A DNA stretch of 64,000 nt, taken from positions 1,085 through 65,084 of the forward strand of contig DATDRP010000002.1 of the NCBI GenBank assembly GCA_035291665.1, given 5' to 3'. Within the stretch, counting starts at the first letter, position 1. Each line of letters opens with the position of its first letter. The position numbers and the translations under genes were made by a program. The DNA comes from Patescibacteria group bacterium (GTDB lineage: Bacteria; Patescibacteriota; Microgenomatia; UBA8517). This document shows, piece by piece, positions 48,093-58,385 of the stretch. A model generated the notes under the pieces. It had not been told where the DNA came from. It worked only from the letters and a program-made list of their open reading frames with translations, and did no database searches.

Positions 48093-50069
48093 CTATTTTA
48101 TTGGGTAGCAAGCTTTGCAGATTCCCAACTCCTCAAGCTTCTCAAGATAATCAACTACAGTGATGACATACTCTGCATGACTCCAGGTAAGAGGTGTTGC
48201 CGAAAGCGATTCGCCCGTATATGCATTTACCTGTTCAGGTAATACCCCGGAGGCAAGCGCTCTTTTGGCAACCCAGGTAAAATCTTTTACTATTTCAGGA
48301 AGTTCCGACTCGCTTTTTACAAACTCTAATTTATACTGCGTTGACCAAAGTGTTGTGATTATCCAAGGATTACCCGGAATATTGCCGCCCGGATTATGAT
48401 AAATATCACCCTCAAATCGCGCGATTCCGCCGATATTCGTATTCAGAGACAGCCTTTTTTTCATCACCTCATGGGCTTTCACCAGAAGTGGGTCGTCAAA
48501 CGGCAGCACCTTATATCTGTAAAGACCATAAAAACTAGAGACATCAATAGTTTCATCAATTAAACCGCCGTCAAGCGACCGCTGTTTATAAAAATAATTA
48601 TTCTTTTGATCATATAAATGCTTCAATATTCCGTTTTTGATTGTTTCCGCAGCATTTTTATATTTCTCTTTATGACTTGTTTTTCCCAACATTTCTGCAA
48701 ATTTTGATGCCTTTTCCAACGCCCCGTAAACGGTCGAGGAAGTAAAAGTTGAAATTCCGTATTTCATTTCCCAAAGATCATAGCTCGGTTTCGGAAGGCC
48801 TGTAATACTATCAGTATAATAAGTCATAAAATCAGCTGAAATTTTTATAAGGTCATTGTATACACTTTCAATAAATTCCAGGTCTTTTGAAAGTTCGTAA
48901 TATTTCCAAAGCGCAAGAATAATCAATGCTGTTCCATCTTCCTGGATTGGAAGATGCGGTTTTCCATCACTGACCCATGCGTGCCACGAACTCCCCAGCG
49001 ATTTATCGGGTCTGTATTTTTGTAAAAAATATCCTTCAGGAGATATAACGTCACGGCAAAATTCAAAAAACCTCCTCGAAGCGTTAAAATCACCGGCTTT
49101 TGCAAGGGCTAAAGCTGAAATTGCTCCGTCGCGAGGCCAGATATAAGAATAGGTATCCCTTCCATAAAACAGCATATCCGAATCGCAGGATGCCAGGATT
49201 GCGCCGTTATCAGCAACATGCGTGCGAATAAAAAGAAGCGATTTGTTAAATAAATTTATTATTTCATCGCTTAGGGAATAAAAAGAGAAGTTTTGATTTT
49301 TTACCCACGCACGCCAATAATTTTGCGTTGAACGCAATATGTAAGAAGGGGTTTTTTTTAATACCAGAAGATTCAGGCTTTTTACATCGCTAATTGATTT
49401 ACCGACAGTCATAAAATAACAAACGGATTGACTTTTTTTCGGAGGAATCTCAAAAGACATTGAAATAACGGAGTCCACTTGTCCATGTTCAATTGGATTT
49501 TTTGAAAGGATTCCATCCTCTGCGTCTTTAAAAGTGCCCTCTTTTCCTTCCAAACCAAGTATTCCGACGCTGTAATCGTCAAACTTATCCTTATCCGTGA
49601 CCAGATTTATCAAAAAAACACGTCTTCCCTTGTAATGAATAATAACCTCGTCAAAAGGATCATAATATGCGGTATCGCCTGTGTGGGTTTGCGAAATGTT
49701 GAACTGTTGATTAAAAAATATCTTTACGCTTCTTTTAACATCGTATAGGTTTATTATTTCTATATCGCGGACAAACACATTTTTCTCATTGTAAACAACA
49801 TCTTTAAAAATAAGCTTTATCCCCAAGTCTTTGCTTTCAGCCGTTATGACCGATGACATCGTGTCGTTCTCATATTCGACAACTACACCGAATTTTCCGC
49901 CATCCAGCCAATGCAAAGCCCCATCCACAAATATTCCTATTTTGTGAGTCTGATATTCGTCAATGTGATTTTCCAAACCCGGATAATGAAAGTATAAGTC
50001 TTTCACCTGACCAAAACGGTCATAACCGATAAGCATATTTCCGTTTCCCAGGCAGGCGTATTTAGGCAT
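48093..50069 (-). CDS. Glycoside hydrolase family 15 (glucoamylase-like)
   Basis: YSYIWPRDG, YDLWE, LPEQ, PLTWSHA. Confidence 0.92.
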   Translation of the reverse strand: MPKYACLGNGNMLIGYDRFGQVKDLYFHYPGLENHIDEYQTHKIGIFVDGALHWLDGGKFGVVVEYENDTMSSVITAESKDLGIKLIFKDVVYNEKNVFVRDIEIINLYDVKRSVKIFFNQQFNISQTHTGDTAYYDPFDEVIIHYKGRRVFLINLVTDKDKFDDYSVGILGLEGKEGTFKDAEDGILSKNPIEHGQVDSVISMSFEIPPKKSQSVCYFMTVGKSISDVKSLNLLVLKKTPSYILRSTQNYWRAWVKNQNFSFYSLSDEIINLFNKSLLFIRTHVADNGAILASCDSDMLFYGRDTYSYIWPRDGAISALALAKAGDFNASRRFFEFCRDVISPEGYFLQKYRPDKSLGSSWHAWVSDGKPHLPIQEDGTALIILALWKYYELSKDLEFIESVYNDLIKISADFMTYYTDSITGLPKPSYDLWEMKYGISTFTSSTVYGALEKASKFAEMLGKTSHKEKYKNAAETIKNGILKHLYDQKNNYFYKQRSLDGGLIDETIDVSSFYGLYRYKVLPFDDPLLVKAHEVMKKRLSLNTNIGGIARFEGDIYHNPGGNIPGNPWIITTLWSTQYKLEFVKSESELPEIVKDFTWVAKRALASGVLPEQVNAYTGESLSATPLTWSHAEYVITVVDYLEKLEELGICKACYPIK

Positions 50070-51306
50070 ATTTTTTGTGATCTATTTTTTTCTTGTTAAT
50101 TCTCAGCTTCAGATCAGAAAGTGCGTTCATGTAGCTTATGAATGCATCATACGGACTTTCATATGGATTAAAATATTTGTGAACATCACCGTCTGAATAC
50201 CATTTCGTACACATGTAATAGAAATGGTCTGAAGTTTGAAGCCGCCTCCAATCGTCGACAATTTTTTGATCACCGGAATTAAGAACTTTACCTTCCAGTG
50301 AATATATGCTTTGGAGAGCACTCGACTGAATATTATTACCGATCCAGGCAGACAAATCCCGCTCTGTATCCGCCCAGGTTATAACGTCCGGTACATCGAT
50401 AATATCCCTAACCGGATATTTTTTAACCGCCTCCGTCGGGGTAACAAAATTATTATCCGGATTTTTCAATACTTCGCCCGGAAAATGGCGTAAAAATTCA
50501 AAAATTCCCTTATCTTCCCATTGATGTTCGCCAAAAGTCTCATAATCCATAAATAAATTAATAACTTCCGCATTTCCATTGTGTTCATTTACCCAACCGG
50601 AGAATTTATCTGCTGTCAGAGGCCAGCTTTTCCAGCTTTTTTCGGAAAATCTGAAAGCGATATCGTCCGATAACTTGTAATTCTTAAGAAGTAATTTTAT
50701 TACCGGTTTATTATATTTTTTTATTGTCTGTCCGATATTCGGTTCATAAATAAAATTCGGACTTCTCCACCCCAGTATGCGATCCCAACCTTCAGCCAAT
50801 ATTGCTTTGTAGCCTTTCCTGTGAGCCCACCAGGCAAGAGAATTGGTATATGCAAGTTCGGTGTTGCGAAAGACTGCCGGTTCAAACTTAAATAATTTTT
50901 TAATTAATTTCCTGTGAAGATTTACCTGATTTTCAAATTCGGTGAGTGAATAAAAATAGGCAAGCGAGTGATAATATGTTTCGGATAAAAGTTCCACCCT
51001 GCCGGTGGCAACCAGCTCCTGGAATGACTCCAAAACCTGGGGATAGTGTTCCTGGATTTGTTCCAAAAAAACTCCCGAAAAAGAATAACTGACTTTGAAA
51101 TCTTTGTGCTTTTTCAGAAGTTCCAAAATTACTTTATTCGCAGGAAGATAGCTCTTATCGGAAACTTTAGTAAGTATTCTTTTATTATTAAGATCGGTAT
51201 CCGAATTATCGTTAAAATATTCGTGATCTTTGCCAATATCAAAAATCCGATATTTTTTTATTCTTAACGGCTGGTGAACCTGAAAATATAAACAAATGGA
51301 TGGCAT
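50062..51306 (-). CDS. Glycoside hydrolase family 57 (alpha-amylase-like)
   Basis: HQP, ETYYHSL, FRNTEL, DYETFGEH, SDHFYYM. Confidence 0.93.
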   Translation of the reverse strand: MPSICLYFQVHQPLRIKKYRIFDIGKDHEYFNDNSDTDLNNKRILTKVSDKSYLPANKVILELLKKHKDFKVSYSFSGVFLEQIQEHYPQVLESFQELVATGRVELLSETYYHSLAYFYSLTEFENQVNLHRKLIKKLFKFEPAVFRNTELAYTNSLAWWAHRKGYKAILAEGWDRILGWRSPNFIYEPNIGQTIKKYNKPVIKLLLKNYKLSDDIAFRFSEKSWKSWPLTADKFSGWVNEHNGNAEVINLFMDYETFGEHQWEDKGIFEFLRHFPGEVLKNPDNNFVTPTEAVKKYPVRDIIDVPDVITWADTERDLSAWIGNNIQSSALQSIYSLEGKVLNSGDQKIVDDWRRLQTSDHFYYMCTKWYSDGDVHKYFNPYESPYDAFISYMNALSDLKLRINKKKIDHKKYA

Positions 51307-51418
51307 AATATTAAAATCAAAAATTAAAAATATTGTTTGGTTCTTGAATTTTGATTATTGGTCATTATCAGAATTAATAGATCTTCGTTGTGTTATATTA
51401 ATTTGAGTAGTCCATTAA

Positions 51419-52612
51419 TCATCTGATTAGTTGCTGGTAAATTCCCACCATGTCATCTGCAGATTTATCCCAAGTCAGATTCATAAGTTCTTTGACACTT
51501 TCGTTTCTTAAATCTTTCGGCAGGGAATCGTATTTCAAAACTGCAATAATTTTATTGGCTAATTCTTCAACATCCCAATAATCAACTTTGAGAGAGTTTT
51601 TCAGTACTTCTGATACTCCTGATTGTTTTGAAATGATAACCGGCGTTCGGTTCTTTACCGATTCCAACGCCGTAATGCCAAAAGGTTCGGAAACAGACGG
51701 CATTACAAAAACATCTGCCGCTTGGTAAATCTGATTTTTTTCATCACCCCGGATAAACCCGGTAAATATATATTTATCTATTACTCCAAGTCTGGCCGCT
51801 TCGGACATCATGTAGCCTTGCATATCACCCGATCCGGTCACAACAAATGTCGCTTTGGGGTAATAATCGGAAACAATTTTTGACGCCCGGACAAAATAAT
51901 CAGGACCTTTCTGAAGCGTAATCCGTCCGAGGAATAAAACCAGTTTATAGCCTAACTTTTTAAGTTCCGTCAGGGATTGGGAGACGTTCGGCATCGAAGC
52001 GTCGTCAACACCATTGTAAACCACATGAACTTTATTCGGATCCACGCCATATTTTTCCTGAAGCGTATTTTTCATGAATCCCCCCACTGGAACAATCACA
52101 TCGGCATTATCAAACCCGTATTTTTCGACTTCATAAACGTACATATTCGGATTATTCCCACCCGTCCTATCAAATTCAGTAGAATGAATATGTGCAACAA
52201 CCGGTTTTTTCATTATGCTTTTTGCAACAATCCCCGCCGGATAGGTCAGCCAATCGTGCATATGAATAATATCGCTGTTGGTTTTTTGGGCAATCGATTT
52301 TATATTTCGGGCATACTCAAAAACCTTCGCAAGGAATTCTTTTTGGGAGAACTTACTTCCCTTGCTGCCGAATAATTTTTTCCATTCGGGATATGTTGTA
52401 TAAGTGCTTTGGAGAGATTTAAGAATGTCGGTTTCTTTCGTATCGGCAAAAATTACATTCATAAAATCCGCTTTGACATTCATCTTATACGGGAGGACAA
52501 AATTAATATTGACACCTTTTTTTGAAAGAGCTTTAGCAAGACCGTAACAAGCCTCTCCCAAACCGCCGCTATTAAAAGGCGGAAGTTCCCAACCCACCAT
52601 TAATATATTCAT
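51419..52612 (-). CDS. GT4 glycosyltransferase (alpha-glucan/glycogen synthase-like)
   Basis: GWELPP..SGGLG, HDWLT, QKGP.YF, EPFGI..LE; ATG at 52612. Confidence 0.9.
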   Translation of the reverse strand: MNILMVGWELPPFNSGGLGEACYGLAKALSKKGVNINFVLPYKMNVKADFMNVIFADTKETDILKSLQSTYTTYPEWKKLFGSKGSKFSQKEFLAKVFEYARNIKSIAQKTNSDIIHMHDWLTYPAGIVAKSIMKKPVVAHIHSTEFDRTGGNNPNMYVYEVEKYGFDNADVIVPVGGFMKNTLQEKYGVDPNKVHVVYNGVDDASMPNVSQSLTELKKLGYKLVLFLGRITLQKGPDYFVRASKIVSDYYPKATFVVTGSGDMQGYMMSEAARLGVIDKYIFTGFIRGDEKNQIYQAADVFVMPSVSEPFGITALESVKNRTPVIISKQSGVSEVLKNSLKVDYWDVEELANKIIAVLKYDSLPKDLRNESVKELMNLTWDKSADDMVGIYQQLIR

Positions 52613-52823
52613 ATTTTTAAGTATAAAAAAACTAATCAATCAAATTACTTATGTAAAGTTTTATTTTTTAGATTGATTTTGTTACTTTTTTCAACTCCCG
52701 AAAACGAATAAATTGTGCTTAAAAGTAGTTTAAAATTTATCCTCTGAATTCAGTATCAATTAAGATTTCTGCTATTGCAATAGCTAATGACTCTCAGCGG
52801 TACATTAATGTACCGGTTTATCT

Positions 52824-53744
52824 TTAAGGAAGTTCAATGAAACTGGATGGTGAGGCTATTTTGAGTTCGGACATATCATATCCCAAAAAATTAATGTCAA
52901 AGGAGAAATCAATATACTTTTTATCAGACCCGAAAGCTTTCGCCATGGTTTTTCCTTTAATTTTCGAAATTTCCCGATTTTTTTGTTTTATCCATATATC
53001 AAATTCTTTAAGTTCATCAAAACCCGTTTGGTGAGTATCTTTGAATGAGATTTTGTAATGATAATTTTGTTCTCCTTCAATTACATCTTTGGGCAGCGAT
53101 CCTGCATATAAAAGGTTTGACGGCTGTAATAGTTGGGACAGGTTATCGGTCAACTTATCAATCCCGGTTGCCTCGCTAACGTTGTTAAGATCAATCTTCA
53201 CATAATCTTTCAAAAATTCTTTGTTAACCAAACCTTCATCAAAAAATTTAGTTATTTTCCAATATAAATCTCCGTTAAAGCTGATTACATCCAAGACAAC
53301 TTCTTTATCGGTATTTTTGTTCCAGTTAATTGTGGAGCTAAAACGTAGATCGTCAGACTTTTCATATACGCCTGCGATATCAATACTGTGTTCCTGAGTC
53401 ATGATATCAGTTGGAATATTCATATATTCTAAATCTACAAATTTACTATTAACATTTTCTGGATCAACAAAATCTAACTTCAATGTGCCTTTGAAAGAAT
53501 AAATATCATGCTTTAAAAAATTATTAAATGCGTTTTTTAGGATAAACTCCGGAGAATTATATATTTTCAGATACGAATAAAAGTAAAATCCCATGAGCGT
53601 AAGAGTTATCACACCCATAATGATTACAATTTTTTTAAAATTGTTACGAAGAAAGTTTTTCAGGATAAATAAATTATCAGGTTTCAGAGTTTTTGGAATC
53701 TTTTTCGGATTAGGAATAATTTCGGGTTTATTGTTTTCTTCCAT
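52824..53744 (-). CDS. Single-TM protein, possibly LolA/LppX-like beta fold
   Basis: TM followed by a beta-rich domain; overlaps the Clp gene. Confidence 0.6.
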   Translation of the reverse strand: MEENNKPEIIPNPKKIPKTLKPDNLFILKNFLRNNFKKIVIIMGVITLTLMGFYFYSYLKIYNSPEFILKNAFNNFLKHDIYSFKGTLKLDFVDPENVNSKFVDLEYMNIPTDIMTQEHSIDIAGVYEKSDDLRFSSTINWNKNTDKEVVLDVISFNGDLYWKITKFFDEGLVNKEFLKDYVKIDLNNVSEATGIDKLTDNLSQLLQPSNLLYAGSLPKDVIEGEQNYHYKISFKDTHQTGFDELKEFDIWIKQKNREISKIKGKTMAKAFGSDKKYIDFSFDINFLGYDMSELKIASPSSFIELP

Positions 53745-56208
53745 TTTGGCTAATAAGTTTGTAATCGAAACCTTTTCCGTCAGCTGAAGGAACTATTTCA
53801 AATTTATCGCCGGGTCTTATTTTATTTTCAATGATTGCCTTTCCGACAACATCACCAATCTCAAGATCCACCAACCTTCGAATAGATCTTGCACCGAATG
53901 TCGGATCAAAACCGATTTTAACAAGCGCCTGACAAACTTCATCATTCACTAATAAATGGACGTTTCGTTTCAGAAGATTTGCTCCAAAATCAGTCAGAAT
54001 CAACTTCGCAACCTTTACCAAATTATCAAAACTCAGCGGTTCATATACAACTACGCCGTCAAAACGGTTCAGAAGCTCAGGAGAAAATATTTTATCCTGA
54101 AGGATCTTATTGACCACTTTATCCTGTAAATCAGTTATACCGGGTTCTTTGTTGACCAAGTCCCGGATGAATTCGGCACCGGCATTGGAAGTGGCAATGA
54201 TAAAAAGATGCCTGCAGTTGATGCGGTTACCGAATGCATCCGTGAAAAAACCTTCATCAAGTATGGAGAGAAATAAATTTATAATATTACTTGTTGCTTT
54301 TTCAAATTCATCCAGAAGAAGCAGTGATGCCGGCTTATTTTTTATTAATGTTGCAAGTCTTCCGGGAATATTTTTGTTGACCGAACCGATCAACCTCTCA
54401 AAGCCTTCACTTCCTGCAAATTCAGCCATATCGAAACGAAGAATTGCATCAGTGCTGCCAAAATAGACATTTGAGAGAACTTTTGCTGTTTCTGTTTTCC
54501 CGACACCCGTCGGACCCAAAAAAAGGAAAGATCCGATCGGCTTTGATTCTTTCGCACCACCCACATTTCTGGCACGCAGACTTTTTGAAATCAAACTGAC
54601 AGCTGCATTTTGATTAATTAGTCGTTCATGAATTGTTTCTTCAAGGTTTGAAAGTCTCGACTTATCCTCGGATGTCAGTGCCGAAAATTTGACTCCCGTC
54701 TTTTCCGTTAAAACCGCTTCGGCGTCTTCATAGGTTACTGTTCCACCTCCTTTTTGATCACGGTAGTTAACAACTGCGTCCATCAGCTCAATTGCTTTCT
54801 CCGGAAAAGGTGTTTCCGTAATATACCTATCGCTCTCATCAAGTATTTTTCTGATTGCGGGTAGACTCACGGTTACCTTTGAGGTGTGTTCCCAGTTTTT
54901 TGCCACTTCAATCATAATTTCAAGAGCCAGCTCCTTGGAGGGCGGGGTCACTTCTATATTTTCAAAATACTTTCTCAACCTCATATTTGGAGCTATAAAC
55001 CTTTCATACTCAACCGGAGTAGTAGGAACAATGATTTTGAGATTCTTTTTTTCCAAATATTCTTCAAAAACATCCGTAAAATCATATCCTTCAACCTCCG
55101 GATTGGTCAACCTTTGGATATCTCTGATCATTAATATAATATTTCCGGCTGCTGCGGTTTCATGAAATACATAGGCCAGATTTGTTTTTTTAGAGTTGAG
55201 ATCAGACGATCCCGACAATAGAAAATTGTAGTCAAATTCCAAGACGCGTTTGAAGCTTGCTTTTACACCCAGTTCGCCCGTCATTGATTTCTGAGCAAAT
55301 TCCAAAACAACTGTTTTCTTACCGACTCCGGGTTGTCCGAGAAGGATTATACTGCTGCCACCCGATATCACACGCTCCATTCGCTCTACAACTTCATCTC
55401 TTCCGATCAACCGATGGGCAAATGACTTGGCTTCGCTTAAATCAATTGAATATTGCGATAAAATAGGAATATAACCAAAGAGAAGGTCCAGTCCGATACC
55501 CGGTCGGCCGAATTTTTCCGTTTCACCCATATCAGACAAATCTTTCTTGATGCCGTCCCACCATCTTGCTGTTTGGAGTAAATCATCCGGAGTCAAATGG
55601 AGCGACCTTAAAGCATCTTCATTCCAAGTTTCCTCATCAACTAATTTTTGAATAAGTTCTTCAAAATTTTTTATTCTTGATAAACCACCCGATAATCCGT
55701 CCTTGAATACCGTAATTTGCTCAAACTCATTTTGTGAAATATTCAAGTGATTCAGGAAGAATTTACCGGCATCACTTTCAAAAACTGCTTCAAAGAGTTT
55801 GGTTCCGCTTTTGAGTTTTTGATTGATATTTTGGATAAACAGAATCGGTTTATTCTTATACCTCGTATATGCCGAAAGTCCGATTGGCGGAAGCAATAAC
55901 CAAATCAATACTCCCAATCCGCCTCCGAGAAATACAAAAACCAAAACAACTGATCCGGCAACAAATAATAAACCCCGAACCACCGCACCAATTCCTCTTG
56001 AAATAAGATCGAAAGTAAAATTTTCAAAGGCGCGGCTTATGGAAAATCCGGGTTTATTATCGTACGCAACCAGCCGCTTCCAGGGTGAAAATAGGGTTGA
56101 TATAAGAAGAGGAAGCGAAAAATAATGCTCAATATATTTGACGGAATAGATCCACCTTCGTATATAAAATAAAAGTCCATCCGTATAATGCCAACGAATA
56201 AAATCCAT
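53728..56208 (-). CDS. Clp/Hsp100 AAA+ ATPase with an N-terminal membrane segment
   Basis: GQPGVGKK, GPTGVGKTE, LLLDEFEK, PELLNRFD, FGAR..RR; hydrophobic N-terminus. Confidence 0.88.
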   Translation of the reverse strand: MDFIRWHYTDGLLFYIRRWIYSVKYIEHYFSLPLLISTLFSPWKRLVAYDNKPGFSISRAFENFTFDLISRGIGAVVRGLLFVAGSVVLVFVFLGGGLGVLIWLLLPPIGLSAYTRYKNKPILFIQNINQKLKSGTKLFEAVFESDAGKFFLNHLNISQNEFEQITVFKDGLSGGLSRIKNFEELIQKLVDEETWNEDALRSLHLTPDDLLQTARWWDGIKKDLSDMGETEKFGRPGIGLDLLFGYIPILSQYSIDLSEAKSFAHRLIGRDEVVERMERVISGGSSIILLGQPGVGKKTVVLEFAQKSMTGELGVKASFKRVLEFDYNFLLSGSSDLNSKKTNLAYVFHETAAAGNIILMIRDIQRLTNPEVEGYDFTDVFEEYLEKKNLKIIVPTTPVEYERFIAPNMRLRKYFENIEVTPPSKELALEIMIEVAKNWEHTSKVTVSLPAIRKILDESDRYITETPFPEKAIELMDAVVNYRDQKGGGTVTYEDAEAVLTEKTGVKFSALTSEDKSRLSNLEETIHERLINQNAAVSLISKSLRARNVGGAKESKPIGSFLFLGPTGVGKTETAKVLSNVYFGSTDAILRFDMAEFAGSEGFERLIGSVNKNIPGRLATLIKNKPASLLLLDEFEKATSNIINLFLSILDEGFFTDAFGNRINCRHLFIIATSNAGAEFIRDLVNKEPGITDLQDKVVNKILQDKIFSPELLNRFDGVVVYEPLSFDNLVKVAKLILTDFGANLLKRNVHLLVNDEVCQALVKIGFDPTFGARSIRRLVDLEIGDVVGKAIIENKIRPGDKFEIVPSADGKGFDYKLISQNGRKQ

Positions 56209-56407
56209 AGTTAATTAAGATATCAAAGCCGGATTAAAATTTCCCCGACGTTTCGTCCGCGATAATGAAAAAATAGTACAACAACCCACCCATACATGCA
56301 TATTTCATGATACCACAAGCAAGGCTGACTTGAGCTTTTTTCTGATGTTTACTGGGAAGATTGTTATTGTTAAATTAGGATTAATGAAATGAAGGTTACA
56401 AATGAAA

Positions 56408-57463
56408 TTACTCAAGCCGATTTGCTTCGTACAGTGCAACAACAAAAAGAGATTCACTCCACCCAAGTGGGGTGTTTTGGTTATATTCATAAGAATTTGA
56501 AAAATAGAGTTCAGGTATACCATCGGGGGTATCCAAAACAATCAAATCCTTGATAAGCTCAGCTGCTTTTTCTTTCATACCCAGCCGTTCATAAATTATT
56601 GCCAGCCATGCAAGACCAAAAGTCCATTCGGCTTCTTCACTGACGCTATCCTTATTTTTATTATAGTAGCGGTCGCCTTTATACCGGATGACTCCCCGAT
56701 CGCGCATCAAATGATATTCAACATTTTTAAGTATCATTTCTTTTTGCTCCTCGTTTACAACATCATATGGCCAAATTAATGAAAGCTGCGCCAAATCCGT
56801 AAACTTTTTTTGCGATTCTCGGGGAAGAAGAAGTTTCAATGCGTCTTCACCTTTTTTGATAAGCCACCTTGGGACTTCAACTCTCGGATGTTTCAAGATT
56901 GACTTAAGTCCTGCAACACATGCGCCTACAGAAGACGAATGAATTTCTTCATCTTCCTCCCACATACCGGAATCGGGGTCTTTATAATATTCGATTGATG
57001 CGAGGTACTTTATTAATTTGTTGACTATCCGTATATGATCCTCCGTTTTTAAAATTGAACGTTTTTGATTTGTTTCAAGTTCTCCAATCCTGAATAAAAT
57101 ACAACCGACGGCATCATTCTGTTTGTTCCCCCACTCTTCCCAAAATTCATCAAAAGTGTCGGGGTCAAAACGTGCGTGAATATAACCAGAGCTATATTGG
57201 GGTTTTTGCTTTATTGCGTCATCAATTTTATGCTCGTGTTTGATCAGAAGTTTTAATATTGCATGGTAGGTTTTTTCTACGGTTTCCCAATCGCCTATCA
57301 CTTCAAAAGCTATAGTTTCATAAAAATTATCCCTCAGCCAAGACTTGTCGTATCCTGTTCCCACCCCTTTGGACGAAGCCAAAAAAAGACCTGATTTTGT
57401 TTGAAGATTTTTCAGGATTTTTATATGCTTTTTGATTAAATCATCGTAAGTCAATCTTGCCAT
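56408..57463 (-). CDS. GH15-like (alpha/alpha)6 glycoside hydrolase
   Basis: WLRD, GMWEE, PELY, PLGWSES. Confidence 0.8.
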   Translation of the reverse strand: MARLTYDDLIKKHIKILKNLQTKSGLFLASSKGVGTGYDKSWLRDNFYETIAFEVIGDWETVEKTYHAILKLLIKHEHKIDDAIKQKPQYSSGYIHARFDPDTFDEFWEEWGNKQNDAVGCILFRIGELETNQKRSILKTEDHIRIVNKLIKYLASIEYYKDPDSGMWEEDEEIHSSSVGACVAGLKSILKHPRVEVPRWLIKKGEDALKLLLPRESQKKFTDLAQLSLIWPYDVVNEEQKEMILKNVEYHLMRDRGVIRYKGDRYYNKNKDSVSEEAEWTFGLAWLAIIYERLGMKEKAAELIKDLIVLDTPDGIPELYFSNSYEYNQNTPLGWSESLFVVALYEANRLE

Positions 57464-57504
57464 AAATTATAAATATTATATTATTAATAATCATAATAAG
57501 GGAG

Positions 57505-57580
57505 TCCCAGTGAGATAGCCTTCGTCATCTCACGGGATCCTATGAGATGCTCCGATTAATCCGGAACCATCTCTTAGGGG
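57505..57580. repeat. Back-to-back pair of type C hairpins ending in the cupin SD
   Basis: TCCCAGTGAGATAG...ATCTCACGGGA plus a reverse copy ending CTCTTAGGGG. Confidence 0.78.
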
Positions 57581-57592
57581 GGTGATATAAAT

Positions 57593-57979
57593 ATGGCAGG
57601 TTATTTTGGACACATCGAAGACTTAACATTAAAGAATTCGTTTTTCAGACAGGTTGTGTTCACCGGCAAGCATACGCAATTGGTTCTTATGAGCCTTAAA
57701 CCGGGAGAAGAAATCGGAGCTGAGGTTCACACCGGACTTGATCAATTTTTCAGATTCGAAAAAGGATCCGGAAAGGTGGTTATTGAAGAAACCGAATATT
57801 TGGTTAAAGACGGCGACGTTGTTATTGTCCCCGGGGGAAGTCTGCATAACATTATTAATACATCAGACAAAGATGAATTGAAGCTATATACTCTCTATTC
57901 ACCGCCCAATCATCCAGAAAGAACTATCCATAAGACTAAGGATGAAGCAGTGGAAGCAGAAAAGTCGGAGCACCACTAA
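57593..57979 (+). CDS. Cupin-domain protein
   Basis: QLVLMSL.PGEEIG.EVH..DQFFRFE.G, HNIIN, LYTLYSPPNH. Confidence 0.92.
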   Translation: MAGYFGHIEDLTLKNSFFRQVVFTGKHTQLVLMSLKPGEEIGAEVHTGLDQFFRFEKGSGKVVIEETEYLVKDGDVVIVPGGSLHNIINTSDKDELKLYTLYSPPNHPERTIHKTKDEAVEAEKSEHH

Positions 57980-58284
57980 CCGAGTTTGTTTTTGATAACT
58001 AAGTTCTTAAACAAACAGCGTTCGCATCCGGTTTTACTAATCCTGATAAAATTTTTAAAGGGGTAAAATCCGGGAGTAAGTTTTTTTGTATCAAAGAGAA
58101 TTTGGATTACGTTCTTTTCAGAAAGCGGGATACTACCGCTGCGGGAGGCTTGTATTGGAATATCAAAATTCTTCATCATGCTTAAAAATGGTTCGTATAA
58201 TAAATCCTTTTTGGCACATCTTCCGCTATACGTCCATAAACAAGGAGGCGTCGAATAAAATATATTGGAATTTTCTTTAACCAT
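57976..58284 (-). CDS. Small Cys-containing hypothetical protein
   Basis: 102-aa ATG ORF with C...C and CERC. Confidence 0.45.
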   Translation of the reverse strand: MVKENSNIFYSTPPCLWTYSGRCAKKDLLYEPFLSMMKNFDIPIQASRSGSIPLSEKNVIQILFDTKKLTPGFYPFKNFIRISKTGCERCLFKNLVIKNKLG

Positions 58285-58385
58285 AAAAAATTAACTGAAT
58301 TCTACCACGCCTGCTGCTTCAATACACAAATGTCAGATATTTTATCAATTTTTATTATTATGATAGAATCGGATTTGCTTTAGAT

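Noticed and set aside
52771-52814. Two short perfect palindromes (GCTATTGCAATAGC, GGTACATTAATGTACC)
   Set aside because: Single occurrences with no recurrence or assignable function.
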